Of a stretch of 64,000 nt of DNA, positions 1 through 15,886 are shown in pieces. The translations under genes and the position numbers were made by a program. Positions within the stretch are counted from its first letter, which is position 1. The number at the start of each line of letters is the position of its first letter. The notes under the pieces are model-generated. The model saw nothing but the letters and a program-made list of their open reading frames with translations. It did no database searches and had not been told where the DNA came from. This DNA comes from Eledone cirrhosa (Eukaryota), in contig OZ024740.1 in assembly GCA_964016885.1 (NCBI GenBank), forward strand, positions 171,430,001 to 171,494,000. The letters are read 5' to 3'.

Positions 1-1914
1 TCAGGGCTGCTAGTCTTGTATTCTTAGGACATTAATGACAAGGAAACTAAGATAAGCTCCAGCCTGATGAACCTCTTGGTTTCTCAGAGAAAATAATATG
101 TGAATATATATATATATATATGTCAGAGTACACAAACAACTTATATGAAAACCAAAACTAAGGAAAATCCTTCTAAGTGAACATTTAGAAATTTGCAGGA
201 ACAGCAAATTTAAACTATTCATTTTTTTTTATAAATCTTCAAGTAATGATCCAACGTACAAACTAGAAATGGAAAAATATTTTATTTTAAAATTTCACTC
301 TGAAACTACAGGGTAATTTCAGTTTGACTACCCTTTGATAGATCTCATGAAAGACGAAAATGCTAGATTCAAGTTAAAACATTTTATTATATTTTTTCAT
401 CCCAAGTGATACACAGTGTCTTATTACTTCCGTCAATTATACTTTAATAATATATTATGTACTCTACCAAAAACATTTATATATATAAGGCAGGTGATTG
501 TTAGTGTCAAAGAGAAGGCATTGCAATATTTGTTTTAGCATTCTGCACCCTGAGTTAAAATCTCATCGCAGTCTACTTTATTTTAAATCCTTTCCAGCTC
601 TTTAAAAAGTACTATCCCAGTGTTGGTACAGTTCTCTCTCCCTCTCACTGCAACATCATAAATGTTCCACTGATTTAAGGTTGGAAGGGTGTATAAGTTG
701 CATCTTTATTTACATATAGATGTAATGTACCATATATTTTCAAGTGAGATTTTTAAGCCCAATAGATAAGTCGCATGTATGATATTTTCATGGGAAAAGG
801 TGCAACTTGCACATGAGTATATAAATATATGTATGTGTGTGTGTGTATGTATGTATGCATGCATGTATGTATAAACACAACCTTCTTATTTTTAGTGTAA
901 ATGTATATAATGATTGGCTGAAATAAATAATTTTTTTTTTTTCATCTGTATTTCCAGCTTACTAATTTAAATTTACTCTAAATTTTGATAATGGCATGAA
1001 CTGCAGAATTCCTTTAAAAAAAACGTTTTTTTGTTTTTTTTTTGTTTTTTTGTTTTTTTTGTTTTTTTTTTAAATATTATTCCAATTACCTCCTCTTAAT
1101 GAATGCTTCTTCTTGTAATGTTTTGAAGATCTATTAATTCTGAAAATACAGCAAATGTTATAATCTTTTCTTTTAGTCACTAAATGTTTGCCCATTAACT
1201 AATCCTACCCAACTCTTCTTCTTCACAAATTCTCTGAATCTAAGCTCCTTTATAGTTGATTGAGTACTGAAACGATTTCAGGGGGATTATTAAATTTAAT
1301 GCTAAATTGTTCATTTTTATTTATGTTAACTTTAATATGTATATATTATAGATTTAAAAAAAAACCTTTAACTTTATAATTGTTAATATTGTCTTCTCAA
1401 TATTAGGTAGACATAGCTGTTTGGAAACATGTTAGATGGACTGTACCTGTAATTTAAAGGGCCAATCTTGTCACAAACTGTGTCATGCTGAATCTCCCTG
1501 AAAATTAATTTACGGGTACATATGTCTATGGAGTGCTCAACTATATACATATTAATTTCATAAATAGGTTGTTCTGTTGATTGAACAACTAGATCAATCA
1601 TCATCAAAACTGACAGTCCATTCCATTTTCAATATTATATTACAATTCTGAAGGGATCATTTTAAAATCAAATATTATACAGAATTTGTACTTCCTAAAA
1701 TTAGCTACAGCATCCTTAAACAGAAAAGAAAATAATTTGATACTTTCCCTGTATCAAGTATGGGTTTGGAATCAGAAATATTCTTTTCCAAGAATATTTG
1801 CTTATTAAATATGTCTATATGGAAGCACTTGCTATTATCAAATAAATTAATAAACACAGTTTTTCTATGGGAGCAAAACAACTGCTATAATTTAGCATGT
1901 GTTTAAGCTGAATA

Positions 1915-2110
1915 ACATGGCAGTAGCTCATGGCCTAGTGATTAGGGGTTTGGAGCCAGTGTGGGTTTGATTCCCAGGCTGGGTGGCACTTTGTGCACTT
2001 CATTTCATGTTGCTTCAGTTCACTGAGCAGAAAATGAGTACCAGCAGCAGCTGGGGGTTAGCCCAATGGCAGCCTGGTATCTTGTACAAGGAAGAGTCTT
2101 ATACTCTCAG
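1915..2110 (+). mobile_element. Degenerate tRNA-derived SINE
   Basis: A-box-like TGGCCTAGTGATT and B-box-like GGTTTGATTCC; head resembles the SINE at 9510. Confidence 0.6.
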
Positions 2111-3156
2111 TTTTTTAATGATCTAGGCTTCACCCACCACATGCAAGCAAAGAAAAAAAATGGGTGTAAAACTATAACTCTTAGATGACAATGTATTATT
2201 AATTGATATAAGCAATAAGAGAAACTCAAGGATTGTAAATTAAAGTAGTTATCAAAGAATGCTGTAAAAAGATAATACAATGGAAGTCTTGTTTAGATTA
2301 ACATAAAGATATTGTCATGGAGAAATAAATAAAAATAAATGCCCTGTAGCATTTATACAGCAGTGCAAATGCTTGTAATGTGCCTCAATTTAGGGTGTAA
2401 TGTAACTGAGCATCAAGGAAAATCAATAGAAATCCCTAAATAAGGTACCTAATACTGTGTTTGAATGTAACATCTAGGCAGACAACTAAAGATCACCAGC
2501 TGTGTATCCAAGATTATAGAATTGAGGCCTAAATTTACATAGTTCTATTTCCATCTATATCTGCTTGATTTTTCTGTCTTTTTTTCTGCATTGCTGAATT
2601 TTAATTAAACACCATGTTAATTTAATTTTCAATTTATAATTTATATATAAAAATAGATTTCTGAAATAAATTAAATAAATTGCTAGTTAATATGAACATT
2701 TTCCAGAATATGTAGAATTCTCTGGCAGTCTTGCAGGGTAAATTAACTAACTATTTTCCCTTAGTCTCTATGTGATATATGATCTAATATTGTTAGGATT
2801 ATTAGGAAAAAGACTATTCCCTCATTTTAAAAATATGTTGTTAATAATAAGAATGAAATAATTGTGTACAGTGCTCAGGTGCACTACAACTCATCAAATA
2901 TATATCTATAAATTCTCTGGTGAATACTTTAGAGCAAGATTCTCCTGACCAACAAGTCTCTGGCCTAGTTTTGACTGCTAATTAAAGCAAATCCATTTCT
3001 CTTGTGTTATTTTGCCTCTGAGTAAGACAAATATAAGATAACCTCATTCTCTCATGCCATATAGGCCTAAGAGGATAAGATTATAAAGAAACCAGTAGTT
3101 AAAGTATGGATTTGAAAATTATATTTTTATTGTTTACTTAATTTTTTGTATTTTAA

Positions 3157-3546
<390 letters not shown>

Positions 3547-4017
3547 TGACTTTTGTGGTATATGTGTCTGTTAATTTTCTACATTTTCCTCATCAAAAAG
3601 TAGTTATGGTTTACATCTTCATTTACTAAATTGTTCAATATAGCTAAGCCTTCAGTCTCATTCTCTGGATGTGTTGTTAGAGCCCATTTACAATAAACAG
3701 GGCCCATCAGTTATAGATGTCACTGCTGTAATCTGAATTTTGATTTTCAGATCCATAAGTCATCTCGTAGTTGTCTATTTCTATCAATGCATATTGCTTG
3801 TATGTCCACTTTAGTACTGTGCCTCACTGTAAGCATTGCTATCTGTGCAGAATTCTGTAGGGTATGAATTCGCTGTGCACTGATATCCTCCAATCTAGCC
3901 CTGTCTTGTTATGTGGTGTAGTGCATTATGATTGCTCTTTATTGCAAAAGCATAGTTATTCTTTCCGAGAGCATTACACTTGCATTCTTGCATACCCATT
4001 ATAACAGTTAGAGTTAA

Positions 4018-6185
4018 AATCTTCAAGATTGCGAGGCAGTGTGTCAGAGATAGTTGTGATGTCATTGGAGAGAAGTGTATCCGGAATGATAAAGGTGAGC
4101 TTGCCCTCACAAGTGCTGAGAAGAAAGATGCATGGAAGAGTCATTATGATAGATTACTAAATGATGAGAATGCATGAGAAGAAGAGACCCTACCCCAAGT
4201 AGACCATATAGAGGGGCCAGCAGTACAAGTCAGCAGCAGCGTAGTAAGTAAGGCAATCAAAGATATGAAGATGGGGAAGGCAACTGGTCCATCGGGTATA
4301 GCTGCCGAGATGCTGAAGGCATCTGGGTCTGTAGGTCACACTATAACCACACATATTGTTAACCAGGTAATACTAGAAGGTTTCATACCAAAAGATTGGT
4401 GCAGTAGCATCATTGTCAACTGCTACAAAGGTAAAGGTGATGCACTAGATAGAAGAAACTATAGAGGTATAAAGCTGATGGACCAGGTCATGAAAGTAAC
4501 AGAAAGAGTTATAGCACAGTTGATTAGGGATCGGGTGAAACTAGACGAGATGCAATTTGGGTTTGTACCAGGAAGAGGCACCACTGATGCCCTCTTCCTT
4601 GTCAGGCAGTTACAGGAAAAGTACCTAGCTAAAAGTAAGCCACTCTACCTGGCATTTGTCGACCTTGAGAAAGCCTTTGACAGAGTTCCACGTGCTGTAA
4701 TTTGGTGGGCTCTTAGAAAACTAGGAGTAGATGAATGGCTTGTGAAAGCGGTACAAGCCATGTATAGGGGAGCAGTCAGCAAAGTTAGGATTGGCAATGA
4801 GTATAGCGAGGAATTTAGCGTACAGGTTGGGGTCCACCAGGGCTCTGTTTTTAGCCCCCTCCTGTTCATCATAGTCCTGCAGGCAATAACGGAGGAGTTT
4901 AAGACCGGATGCCCATGGGAACTCCTGTATGCTGATGACGTCGCACTTATAGCTGAATCTATGGTAGAACTAGAGAAGAAATTCCAAACTTGGAAGCAGG
5001 GACTAGAAAGAAAGAAGGTCTCAAAGTCAACATGACAAAGACTAAGGTCCTTGTAAGTAGACGAGAAAACAGAACCTAGATCCCCTCAGGGAAATGGCCT
5101 TGCTCAGTATGTAGGAAAGGTGTAGGTAGGAACTCCATTCTCTGCCCCAAATGCAAACAATGGGTACACAAGAGATGTAGCGGGATCTCGGGAAGCTTAA
5201 TTAAGAATGTAGGCTTCACATGCAGCAGCTGTGCTGGGGCAGCAAACAGCCACGGGAAACAAGTACCACCAATCTCTGGGAGGGCTCTGTAGAAACAGTA
5301 GACAGCTTCTGCTACCTAGGTGACCAAATTAGCAGCGGAAGTGGGTGTTCAGAAAGTACAATAACTAGGGTAAGAACGGGATGGAAGAAGTTTAGGGAAC
5401 TACTACCACTGCTAGCTGCAAAAGGCTTCTCCCTCAAAATGAAAGGCAGACTGGATGATGCGTGTATCCGAACAGCGATGTTGCATGGTAGTGAGACCTG
5501 GGCGCTGAAGGTGGAAGACTTACGTAGATTAGAGAGAAACGAAGCCTGCATGCTTCGATGGATGTGTAATAGTAATATACACGAACGACAAAGCATAAAT
5601 GAATTGAGAAAGAGACTGAGAATAAGAGGAATCAAATGCTGTGTGCAGGAGAGGTGGTTGCGTTGGTATGGACATGTGATGCGTATGAAGGATGACAGCT
5701 GCATAAAAAGGTGCAGAGTACTAGAAGTCGATGGAAACCGCGGAGTGGGGAAACCCAAGATGACCTGGGATGAGGTGATAAAAGCCGACCTTACCCAATT
5801 ACACCTCTCAAAGGCGATGACACACGACCGTGACCTCTGGCGTCACGCAGTAATACAGAGTACCCGACCTCCCATGGGTACAAGCTGAAGCATATAGACA
5901 ATATGCCCCCACACCCCCCACTGCAAGGTGGTCGTGGAGGTGCCACAGCAAACAAGCACCCAACCCACACTGTAAAGTGGACATGTAGGCGCCACGAAAA
6001 AGCACCCAGCACTCACTGTAAATGAGGTTGGTGTTAGGAAGGGCATTCAGCTGTAGAAATCAAGCCAAATCAGTTCCTGTATGAGCAAGGCATGGTCAGC
6101 CGACCAGACACTGCCCACAACAGGACAACCCATCTAACCCATGCTAGCGTGGAAGAACGGACGTAAAACGGTGATGATGATGATG
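4018..6185 (+). mobile_element. 5'-truncated, defective RTE-clade LINE in a DYRK1 intron
   Basis: RT motifs NYRGIKL, QFGFVPGRGTTDA, FVDLEKAFDRV, GVHQGSV, LLYADD; Cys-rich insert; RWYGHVMR C-terminus; internal stops (4175-4177, ~5078) and frameshifts; (GAT)n tail. Confidence 0.93.
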
Positions 6186-6199
6186 TATGCAAATTTCAC

Positions 6200-6591
6200 A
6201 CATCATCATCATCATTTCATTTTACGCCTGCTATTCCCTGCTTGCAAGGGTGGGACGGGAACTGATTCTGGCTTGATTTCTACAGCTGGATGCCCTTCCT
6301 AACACCAACCTCATTTACAGTGAGTGCTGGGTGCTTTTTTTCCGTGGCGCCTACACGTCCACTTTACAGTGTGGGCTGGGTGCTTTTTTGCCGTGGCACC
6401 TGCACGACCATTTTGCAGTGGAATGATAGGGACCCCAGTCCCTATCATCTCATTTCTACATCTGAGTGAACTGGAGCAATGTGAAATAAAGTGTCTTGCT
6501 CAAGGAAACAACACAACACCTGGTCTGAGAATTGAACTCACAACCTTTCGATTGCAAGGCCAATGCTCTAACCACTAAGCCATGTGCCTTC
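6200..6591 (-). mobile_element. tRNA-derived SINE with RTE-derived 3' tail
   Basis: Minus-strand A-box TGGCTTAGTGG and B-box GAGTTCAATTC; 3' half nearly identical to the RTE 3' UTR; (GAT)n tail. Confidence 0.88.
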
Positions 6592-6651
6592 ATTTTATAT
6601 AGTTTAATAATAATAATAAAAATGTTGAATATATTTTTAATTATATATACA

Positions 6652-6878
6652 TCAACCCTTTCGATATCAATCCACCTAAAACTGCCTCTGGTTCTCTAGA
6701 ACAAAACCATCCATTTAAAAGTTCTTATTTAAATTAAAATCTTCCAACATAAATTTATATAAAAATCTCTTTGTTACAAAAACAATCTTAATAATTAAAT
6801 CGTTTTCAGTAAATCTCTCTAAATTCTTTATTGATTAATTCAAATACAGTGTATCTTATTATGGTTATGAAAGGGTTA
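6652..6878. mobile_element. piggyBac-like non-autonomous element (MITE family A)
   Basis: Ends tcAACCCTTTCGAT...ATGAAAGGGTTAc. Related copies at ~7236-7480, 20708-21625 and ~59460-59680. Confidence 0.6.
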
Positions 6879-7652
6879 CAAATCAGCGTCTTTGAAGTAG
6901 GCCAAAGGAGATTAAGAAATAAGCTGAAGAAGTGATATAATAAAGATTGAATGTGTTAGTGTATATGAAGCATCATTGTTATGTTTCAAAAAATATCTGA
7001 ACTATTTTGAGTGTCATTAAGTTATCTTGATTTTATTTACATTACTGAAATATCAATTTTGTCTTTATAATAACAATAATAAGAGTAAATATAATTATAA
7101 GCCTATAATGTGTTGAGTGTCTTATAACAGGTTTTAAGGATATTTTAAATACTCAAGCCTGGAGCTATTAAATATATTTTGTGTAGATATCAAATGTGTA
7201 CAACTGATTCAGTAACACATTTTCGTACTCTAAATTAATCCTTTTTATACCAAACCACCTGATTTATAATTAAAAAACTGCTCATTTTAAAATGTGTATC
7301 ATTATATTAAAATCTTCCATTATAATTATATTTTAGAAATGTTTGTTCAGTAAAAATCAGTTTACTAATGAAAAACTTAGTTATTTTATTTAATTCCTCC
7401 AAATTTTTGGTTATTTTCAAAATTAATTTGAACATAGAGGCAGTATATTTCATTAAAAATACAGTAATGAAAGGATTAATTACTGACTCACTAGAATGTT
7501 CTTAGTTTCTAGATTAATTTTAACTATTAGTAATACGCAGATAAAGGAACAATCTGAATATAGATGAAAAATATTTCCAATATTACAATTTCATTCTCAC
7601 AAAATACATTTTATAAAAGAATTTATTCAATTGATAATATTGTTGATCTTAA

Positions 7653-7913
<261 letters not shown>

Positions 7914-8220
7914 TAAAATAGTTATTAAAAATGTTTAAATACCAGAAACAATTAATGCTTCTGGCATTTTTTTTAAGTATCGGTATACTGAACAGGTCAT
8001 GAGATAGTTCTTTTATAAACCTGGTGCTAACCCTTAGGCAAGTGTCTGATTACCTAAATCTCCCTTGCTTACAACAGCTGTCACATCTACTTTATGACTT
8101 AATGGTTAAAAACAGGAATAGTCATGAACATCGTTTTTATGTTTGTTTTTCTCTGCTGGCCTGGGTTGGACTAGTCTTTTGTTTTTAGGCAGTATTCCAG
8201 ACCAGATACCCTTTCTGTTA

Positions 8221-8420
8221 TTAACCCTTTAGCATTTAAACTGGCTGTATCCGGCCAGAATTCCCTCACCTCTTTCTGTTAAAGCCACTGTAGCTGGTCA
8301 CTCATACTGATGTTATGGTATTGTTCTCAAAATAAGTAATATCAAAATCTCATAGATTTGATATTATGTGAGGTAAAGCATTTACTGTGAAAATATAATA
8401 GTATATATAGAGTAATGTTA
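8221..8420. mobile_element. piggyBac-like MITE family B fragment
   Basis: Starts TTAACCCTTTAGCATTTA. Inverted related copies at 21885-22080 and 59716-59926, the latter ending GGGTTAA. Confidence 0.55.
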
Positions 8421-9096
8421 CTTAGTCTTATAAGTAGGGTTAAGCTGCAAGACATATTTCCATCTAACAAATTTCACTCACAACACATTGGTCAGCCTGA
8501 AGCTATAAAGTAAAGAACATTTTTCCAAGGTGCCGTGCAGTGAGATTAAAACTGAAACTACACAACCATGCCTGTGTCTCTTCAGGAATTTCATTTTAAT
8601 AAATGTGGAAAGGCCTATGTTAGCCAACAATTGTTCAACACAAGAGCTGAAGGGTCAGCTGTTCACAATTGTTGTCACTTTCATTATATTTCTCTAATAC
8701 ACTGAAATCTTCCTGGCTTAGTTCTCCTAACTCTAAATAGTTATTGGAATAGATACAGCTCACTGCTGTAAAAAGATGAAGCACTATTAAATTAAGAACT
8801 ATTTCATTAGCTTGCAGTGAGTCTGTCTTTGACAACTTAACTGTATTTTCCCAAAGTTCAATCTTCCCACAAAATATCTACTGTTGTAAAGGAATTAAAA
8901 CTTTCTTTGAAAACCCAACCTTCCTAATATCAATATAAAACTGTAAAACAAATAAATACTTATGTTATTTAGAAGAGTCTTCATTGTTTTTCTGTCCACT
9001 TCTCCATTCTGGCATGGGTTAGACGACACATTTTGAGGCAATGCTTTACAGCAAGATGTCCAAGTTACATGAAGACGTGCTTAGAGTTTCAAGTAG

Positions 9097-9878
<782 letters not shown>

Positions 9879-11494
9879 ATATATATATTATTTCATTTGG
9901 AACAACATAATCATCGTTGACATTTCTAGATCTAGTTCTGAAAACTAACTTGACCATATGTTAAGATTTGGGAACTGTTTCACTTATGTTGCTAATACCT
10001 TGGGAAGCATAAAAGTTATAAATAAATAATCTTTATTTATTTATAATCTGAAGCATATATTAGCTTTGTACCCTTAAAGTTCTCACTGTATAGAGGAGAG
10101 CTGCATGCATTTATGAGTGGTCACACACCACAGCTATTGTGTTTTTATTTCTAAAAGAAAAAAATGATTCTATTTACCCAAACTATTCCTTTGTTAAAAA
10201 TAGACTCAAAATTCAAAGATCCACTGTTTATGGAGAAGAACTTTGAAATAGAGGTAATTCAAACACACATATCTATCACTTAGAGGAACTGGTGTAAAAT
10301 ATGATAGTTGTGAATATGTGTGTATTAGTATCTGGATTGTTGAAACATTTATTTCAGTTACTATTTCTGGGCATGACAATCCAGCCTAACAGAAATGATG
10401 CTCCTAAGGCTGTATGGTGCTCAACTGGGCACTATTCTTGCAACTTTTGCACCCAAGCTGGTTTCAAAGATATTGTTATGCGCCACACCAGCCAGGTCAA
10501 GAAAAGGATTCTGGTATCTGATCAACCCAGAATCTCCACATACCCAGCCAGATTTGCATCCTGGGGAAGTCACTGACTAACCAGTGCATTGTTTCACTAG
10601 ACAGGCAGTTGCTAAAAAATAAAATGAAAGTAATACAGATTGAAGCCAGATTTGCACCTAGTTGGCTGGTGTCTTAACCTTTACAGCTTGTGCTACATAA
10701 TCAACATGTCTCATCTTGTGTAACCAGCAAAATGACTGATTGGTATTGAAATATCAATTAAAAGGTGGAATGTCCTATTGTATTGTTGGATAACTAACAT
10801 TCTAGTTTGGGGAAGATTTTATGTTTTATTTGATACTCAACAACATGGAAACTAGTTGTTGTTTAAAATCCCTATTGAAGCAGAACTATGGTTGAAGGTG
10901 CTTCAGTTATGATCATACCGTGCTTTGTTTTTTAGTTTCCTCTTTCCTTTTTTTAAGGTGGTAAGGTGTAATATGAGATAAATTTTCTGTTATTTCTAGT
11001 AGCATGAGTGACCATCCAGAAGCTCCTATGTTTGCTCCTGTAGATTCTTATTTTTGTTCTTTGTGTTTTCTTTTGTATTGAACTACCAACTAAACAGTTA
11101 AAGTTCAAATTCTCTACAGGAGCTTCTTTACATTTCTGAACATAGCACTTTATTCAACATTGCCTCAATTCTCCAAACTGTTGAGAATAAGTACAAAATT
11201 TCTAAGAATCAATTACTAATGCTGTTATATACCTTTGATTACAAGGGCTTAAGCAATTGAACCAATTCATCTCTTTGTAAAAGCTTCACTCTATGCCAAT
11301 AATAATATACACATTTTGATTTAATTAATAAACAGAAGTTATACTCCTTAGAGCATTGCTCTCAGCAGAAAGCTCTTTGATGTAACAATATTTTTGAAGT
11401 AGCTTATGTTTTTTTATGTAAAATTATTATTCATTTTATATATTTTAGTTTCAAGGACTATATATAAAAAAGCTAATGGCTTATAGTCAGCAAT

Positions 11495-11760
11495 ATGGCA
11501 GTCTTTAGAGAATCAGTGCTCTGAATTCAAATCCCACCAGGGTCAATATTGCCTTTCATCCTTTCAGAGTCAATAAATAAAATACCATTCCAGAGGCAGT
11601 GGGCTGACAGAATTGTTAAAGAGTCAGGTTGGAGGCTTTGCAGTATCTGATTTCGCTCAGTGCATTCTGTGTTCAAATCCCTCCTTCTGCCAGGAATTGA
11701 ACCAGCACATAGTATCAGCAATGAAAGAATCAATGGAAACATTTTTCATTTGTCCTTTCT
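11495..11760 (+). mobile_element. Degenerate tandem SINE copies (family with GCCTTTCATCCTTTCGGGGTCGATAAAATAAAGTACCAGT core)
   Basis: The same core recurs at ~22110-22420, 34450-34690, 38290-38500, 38625-38805(-), 43570-44110, 60250-60435 and 63468-63880(-). Confidence 0.65.
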
Positions 11761-12254
11761 GATGATCAGCTCCTTTCCTAATGGCTTAAACCATATACAG
11801 TAATTTCTAAGATTTATGTGGTATATCTAGTTTTAAATGAGTATACTGTCTCCCTGTATATCATTGGAGATGACCAGGAAGAGCATCCAGCTGTAAAGCA
11901 TTACCTCAAAAAGCAGCCCATGATGAGTATGCCTGTTGTGGGCATACAAGTCTTAGGCATCATGGATTTCGTTTTTTGTCATGCCACATCATGTCTGATG
12001 GCTGGCAAATATACGATGAACAGTTATGACGTGTGTATGTATGTATATCAAATTGTTCATCAGCATAGTTTTCATATACAGAGCCGCATTAACAAAGTAT
12101 TATAACAAATCCTTTCCCAGGGACCACCACATGGAGGTGAGGTTGGCTCAATCCCCAGCCATAGATTAGCAGAAGGAATGCTTCATACTTGTATAAAGAT
12201 AAAAATGAAATATTTCTGATATTGAAAACATCTTTTCAAAAATTTGCTAATTAA

Positions 12255-12596
<342 letters not shown>

Positions 12597-12750
12597 TAGT
12601 GGGTTGTAGTTTCTTATTTTAGCCAGATAGTGTCATTTATTTTTGTTTTTTCATTTGAAAAATGTAGTTTCCAAGCAATTTGCTTGAATTTATAGTTTTG
12701 CTATATTTCACTTGATATGACCTATTTTCAGTTAGCTATACATATTTATT

Positions 12751-12753
<3 letters not shown>

Positions 12754-12831
<78 letters not shown>
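12754..12831. repeat. (CT)n microsatellite
   Basis: Pure CT dinucleotide run of about 75 nt. Confidence 0.98.
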
Positions 12832-12837
<6 letters not shown>

Positions 12838-13252
12838 GTATGGTTGTGTGGTTATGGAATTCTCTTCACTTCACAACTATGTGATTTAGGTCTGATCTCA
12901 TTGTGTGGCACCTTGGACAAGTGTCTTCTACTACAGCCTCAGACTGACAAATGCCTTATGAGTGAAATTTAGTAAACAGTAACTATGTGGAGACCTATCA
13001 TGTAGGCTCAAGTATGGTTGTGTCGTAACTTTTCTACTAGAGCCCCAGGAAAAGCAATGATTTATGAGCATATTAAATACTTATAAAGTATGGGCTGACA
13101 TCAAGGACATCTGGTTAAAGAAAAACTGTCTCAAAAAAGGTTTTGTCTCTATGCCAGCATGTAAAAAAAAAACACTTTAAAAACAATGATGAGGATGAGG
13201 ATACATATGTGTGTTTAAGTGAAAGTAGGTCATACACATAATATACACACTC

Positions 13253-13290
<38 letters not shown>

Positions 13291-13292
<2 letters not shown>

Positions 13293-13465
13293 ATTAAGAA
13301 AAACGATGAAGTCTCGTTTACATGTATTTAGATCTTTTATTGTGTATTCACATGTTTCGCTGACGACTGGCTCAAGGTCACCGATAGAAGTTATGAAACC
13401 AACTCCAGCATCAATCTGCTCTTCAGACTGGTGATTCGTCAAAAAGAAATTCACTGAATCGCATA

Positions 13466-13468
<3 letters not shown>
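13291..13468 (-). mobile_element. Penelope-like pseudo-LTR fragment between (TA)n/(TG)n tracts, with hammerhead-like core motifs
   Basis: Minus strand: CTGAAGAG...CGAAACATGT...AATAAA; flanked by dinucleotide repeats on both sides. Confidence 0.45.
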
Positions 13469-13523
<55 letters not shown>

Positions 13524-15886
13524 ATATATACTCTCACACATACACATATAGAATTTCATTTAGACAAATATATTTTTCCATGTAACAATCAAAAAATTAA
13601 TATTTCTTTACTATGTTAGTAAATTGATATTAACCAGATATTTTTTAAGTTTAGCTACAGCAACTCACATCTTTCTCTACTCTGCTATCTGTGCAGTTTT
13701 TTTCATTTAGCATTATTAAAACCTTGATGGAAGTAAATTCAACAACATTGCACACCTATGAGATCTTGGTAAAGATTATATAGAATTTCTTCTTTTTTTA
13801 AATCCTAATCTTGGTTGTACACTTTTGACCCATATTGCGATCATAATCTACTGTGTTTATAACGTTTGGTACTACATTAAAAACTACAAAGTAAATTACG
13901 AAAAGCATATGCCACTCTAACTTTCAGAATTCTCCTCCTTAGTCCTTCTTTTCTTCCCCTGTCAAGAAGTTCACTTCTTTCTATCTTCAATAGATTCCAT
14001 AGATACAGTTTGTCAATAACTTCTAGTGGAAAATATGGTTTTACTATCTGATCAAGTTTTTTTCTTTTTCTTATCTCCAACATACCTTAATTACATAAAG
14101 ACTTTTCAAACCAACATAGCTAATAAACACAATTTATGTTTTTAGTTATCTTTCTCTATGTCAATTGTTGTAATGAAGGAAAATGTTTAGAAAAGTAATC
14201 CAACCGTAACTTCTGTTTTAGAAAAGGTGTTATTTTGTTCATTATGTCATGCCATGTACATTTAGACAGATGAACATGTCATGTAAGAGTCTGGGAAATT
14301 ATATTAATGCATTTGATAAAAGCTGTGAGTTGAATTGCTGTTGTAGGAAAACCTTGTTCAGCTCTGGTCAAACTACAACATAGTTTACAGGTGAGCTACT
14401 TGGAAGTAACACATATTCAATGGATCAGGTCTGGTCTAGGTGTGTAGGTTTTTTTTATGGGATGGAAGATACTATTTATCCAACTATAATACTTGTATTA
14501 TTTGATATAATTTTAAACTCAGAATGGTAAAATGTGAATTGTATATACAACATAAAACTATTCTCACAGTGAATCTTGTTAAAGGTTTATGTGCTGGTTT
14601 TCATCAAACTTTACATTTTGATTATCTTTATATTCATAACCTCTCGTTTGAACTGATCTTAGCATTTTTATTTTTAAACTTTGTGAACATGAAGTTCCAC
14701 CAGTTATGATGCTAGAATGGTGTAGGAGGATTTTGCTGTTTTATGTAACAACTTCAGTGAGTTTGTGTTAGTGTAATTCTATTTAATTTAGTGATAAACA
14801 AGAAGAAATGGAACATAGCTACAACATAAAAATTAATCAATAACAAACTATATGCAGAGAATGGCTCTGTAGCAGTGTATATCACAGCTTTGTGATTAAG
14901 AAGTTTGTTTTGCAACCACATGGTCTTGGGTTCTATCCTACTATGTGGTGGCATCTTGAGTCAGTGTCTGCTATTATAGCCCCTGACCAATTAATGCCTT
15001 GTGTTTGAATTTGGCTGGCAGAAGCTATAAAGAAGCCCATCATATATGTGTGTGTTTGTTTGTCTCTTCTCTTTACATTCGATATTGCAGGCAGTGATAT
15101 TTGTTTACATTCCATACTATTCAACAGTTAGATGTGCGAAGATCTATCTGTACTAAAAACGCCAGTGGGAGTTGACATCAGGAAGGGCTTCCAGCTGTAG
15201 AATTCTTCCTCGAATGATTCATTCAACTTATGCCAACATGGAGAAATGGACATAAAACTGATGATGATATCTTTATTGCCACACACTAACTGACATTAGC
15301 CAACCTTTATTGCAGTTTGATCGCTGAACACTACTTTGATTCATGTATACGTTAACTATTTCTATCAATAAGTTTTTCTTTTTTAGATTGGTAAAAAAAA
15401 ATTAGATATTTAATTTCAAAGATTAATAAAAGTACATCAGCAGACTCCATCAAATCATTAAAAATAGAGCCTGCAGAATTTCTGCCTTAAAGTGAATACT
15501 ATTTAATATGTAGAGTCTAGTCTAAGTGGATCACCCACTTCTATTTCCACTACCATTGATATTTGAACTGAATAAATCTTTCTTCACAACATGTTATTAT
15601 GAGAACATATATTTAGCTCATTATTAAAAATTATCTTCCACTATCTTCTTTCAGTTGCATGTTTATTACCTTTTCTCTTCTTCTAATCTTGTGACAAGAA
15701 TGCTATCAATAACACATTAAGGAGGAGGAAATACCCTTTCACATCAGATAAACTTTTTCACTTTGCTGGATATCATTTTTTTTTTTTAATCTTTCCTCTA
15801 ATAGTTTAATGTATTTAGCATTTTATTTTGCTTGCTGCATGAGTTTATGCACACTTATATGTGATATATCTTGGTTGTGTATACAG

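Noticed and set aside
4265-5888. Active RTE or domesticated reverse transcriptase gene
   Set aside because: 5'-truncated with no endonuclease, and has internal stops and frameshifts.
13219-13434. ORF ending ASICSSDW* as an alternative DYRK1 last exon
   Set aside because: No acceptor in the right phase; it lies in a repeat element between microsatellites.
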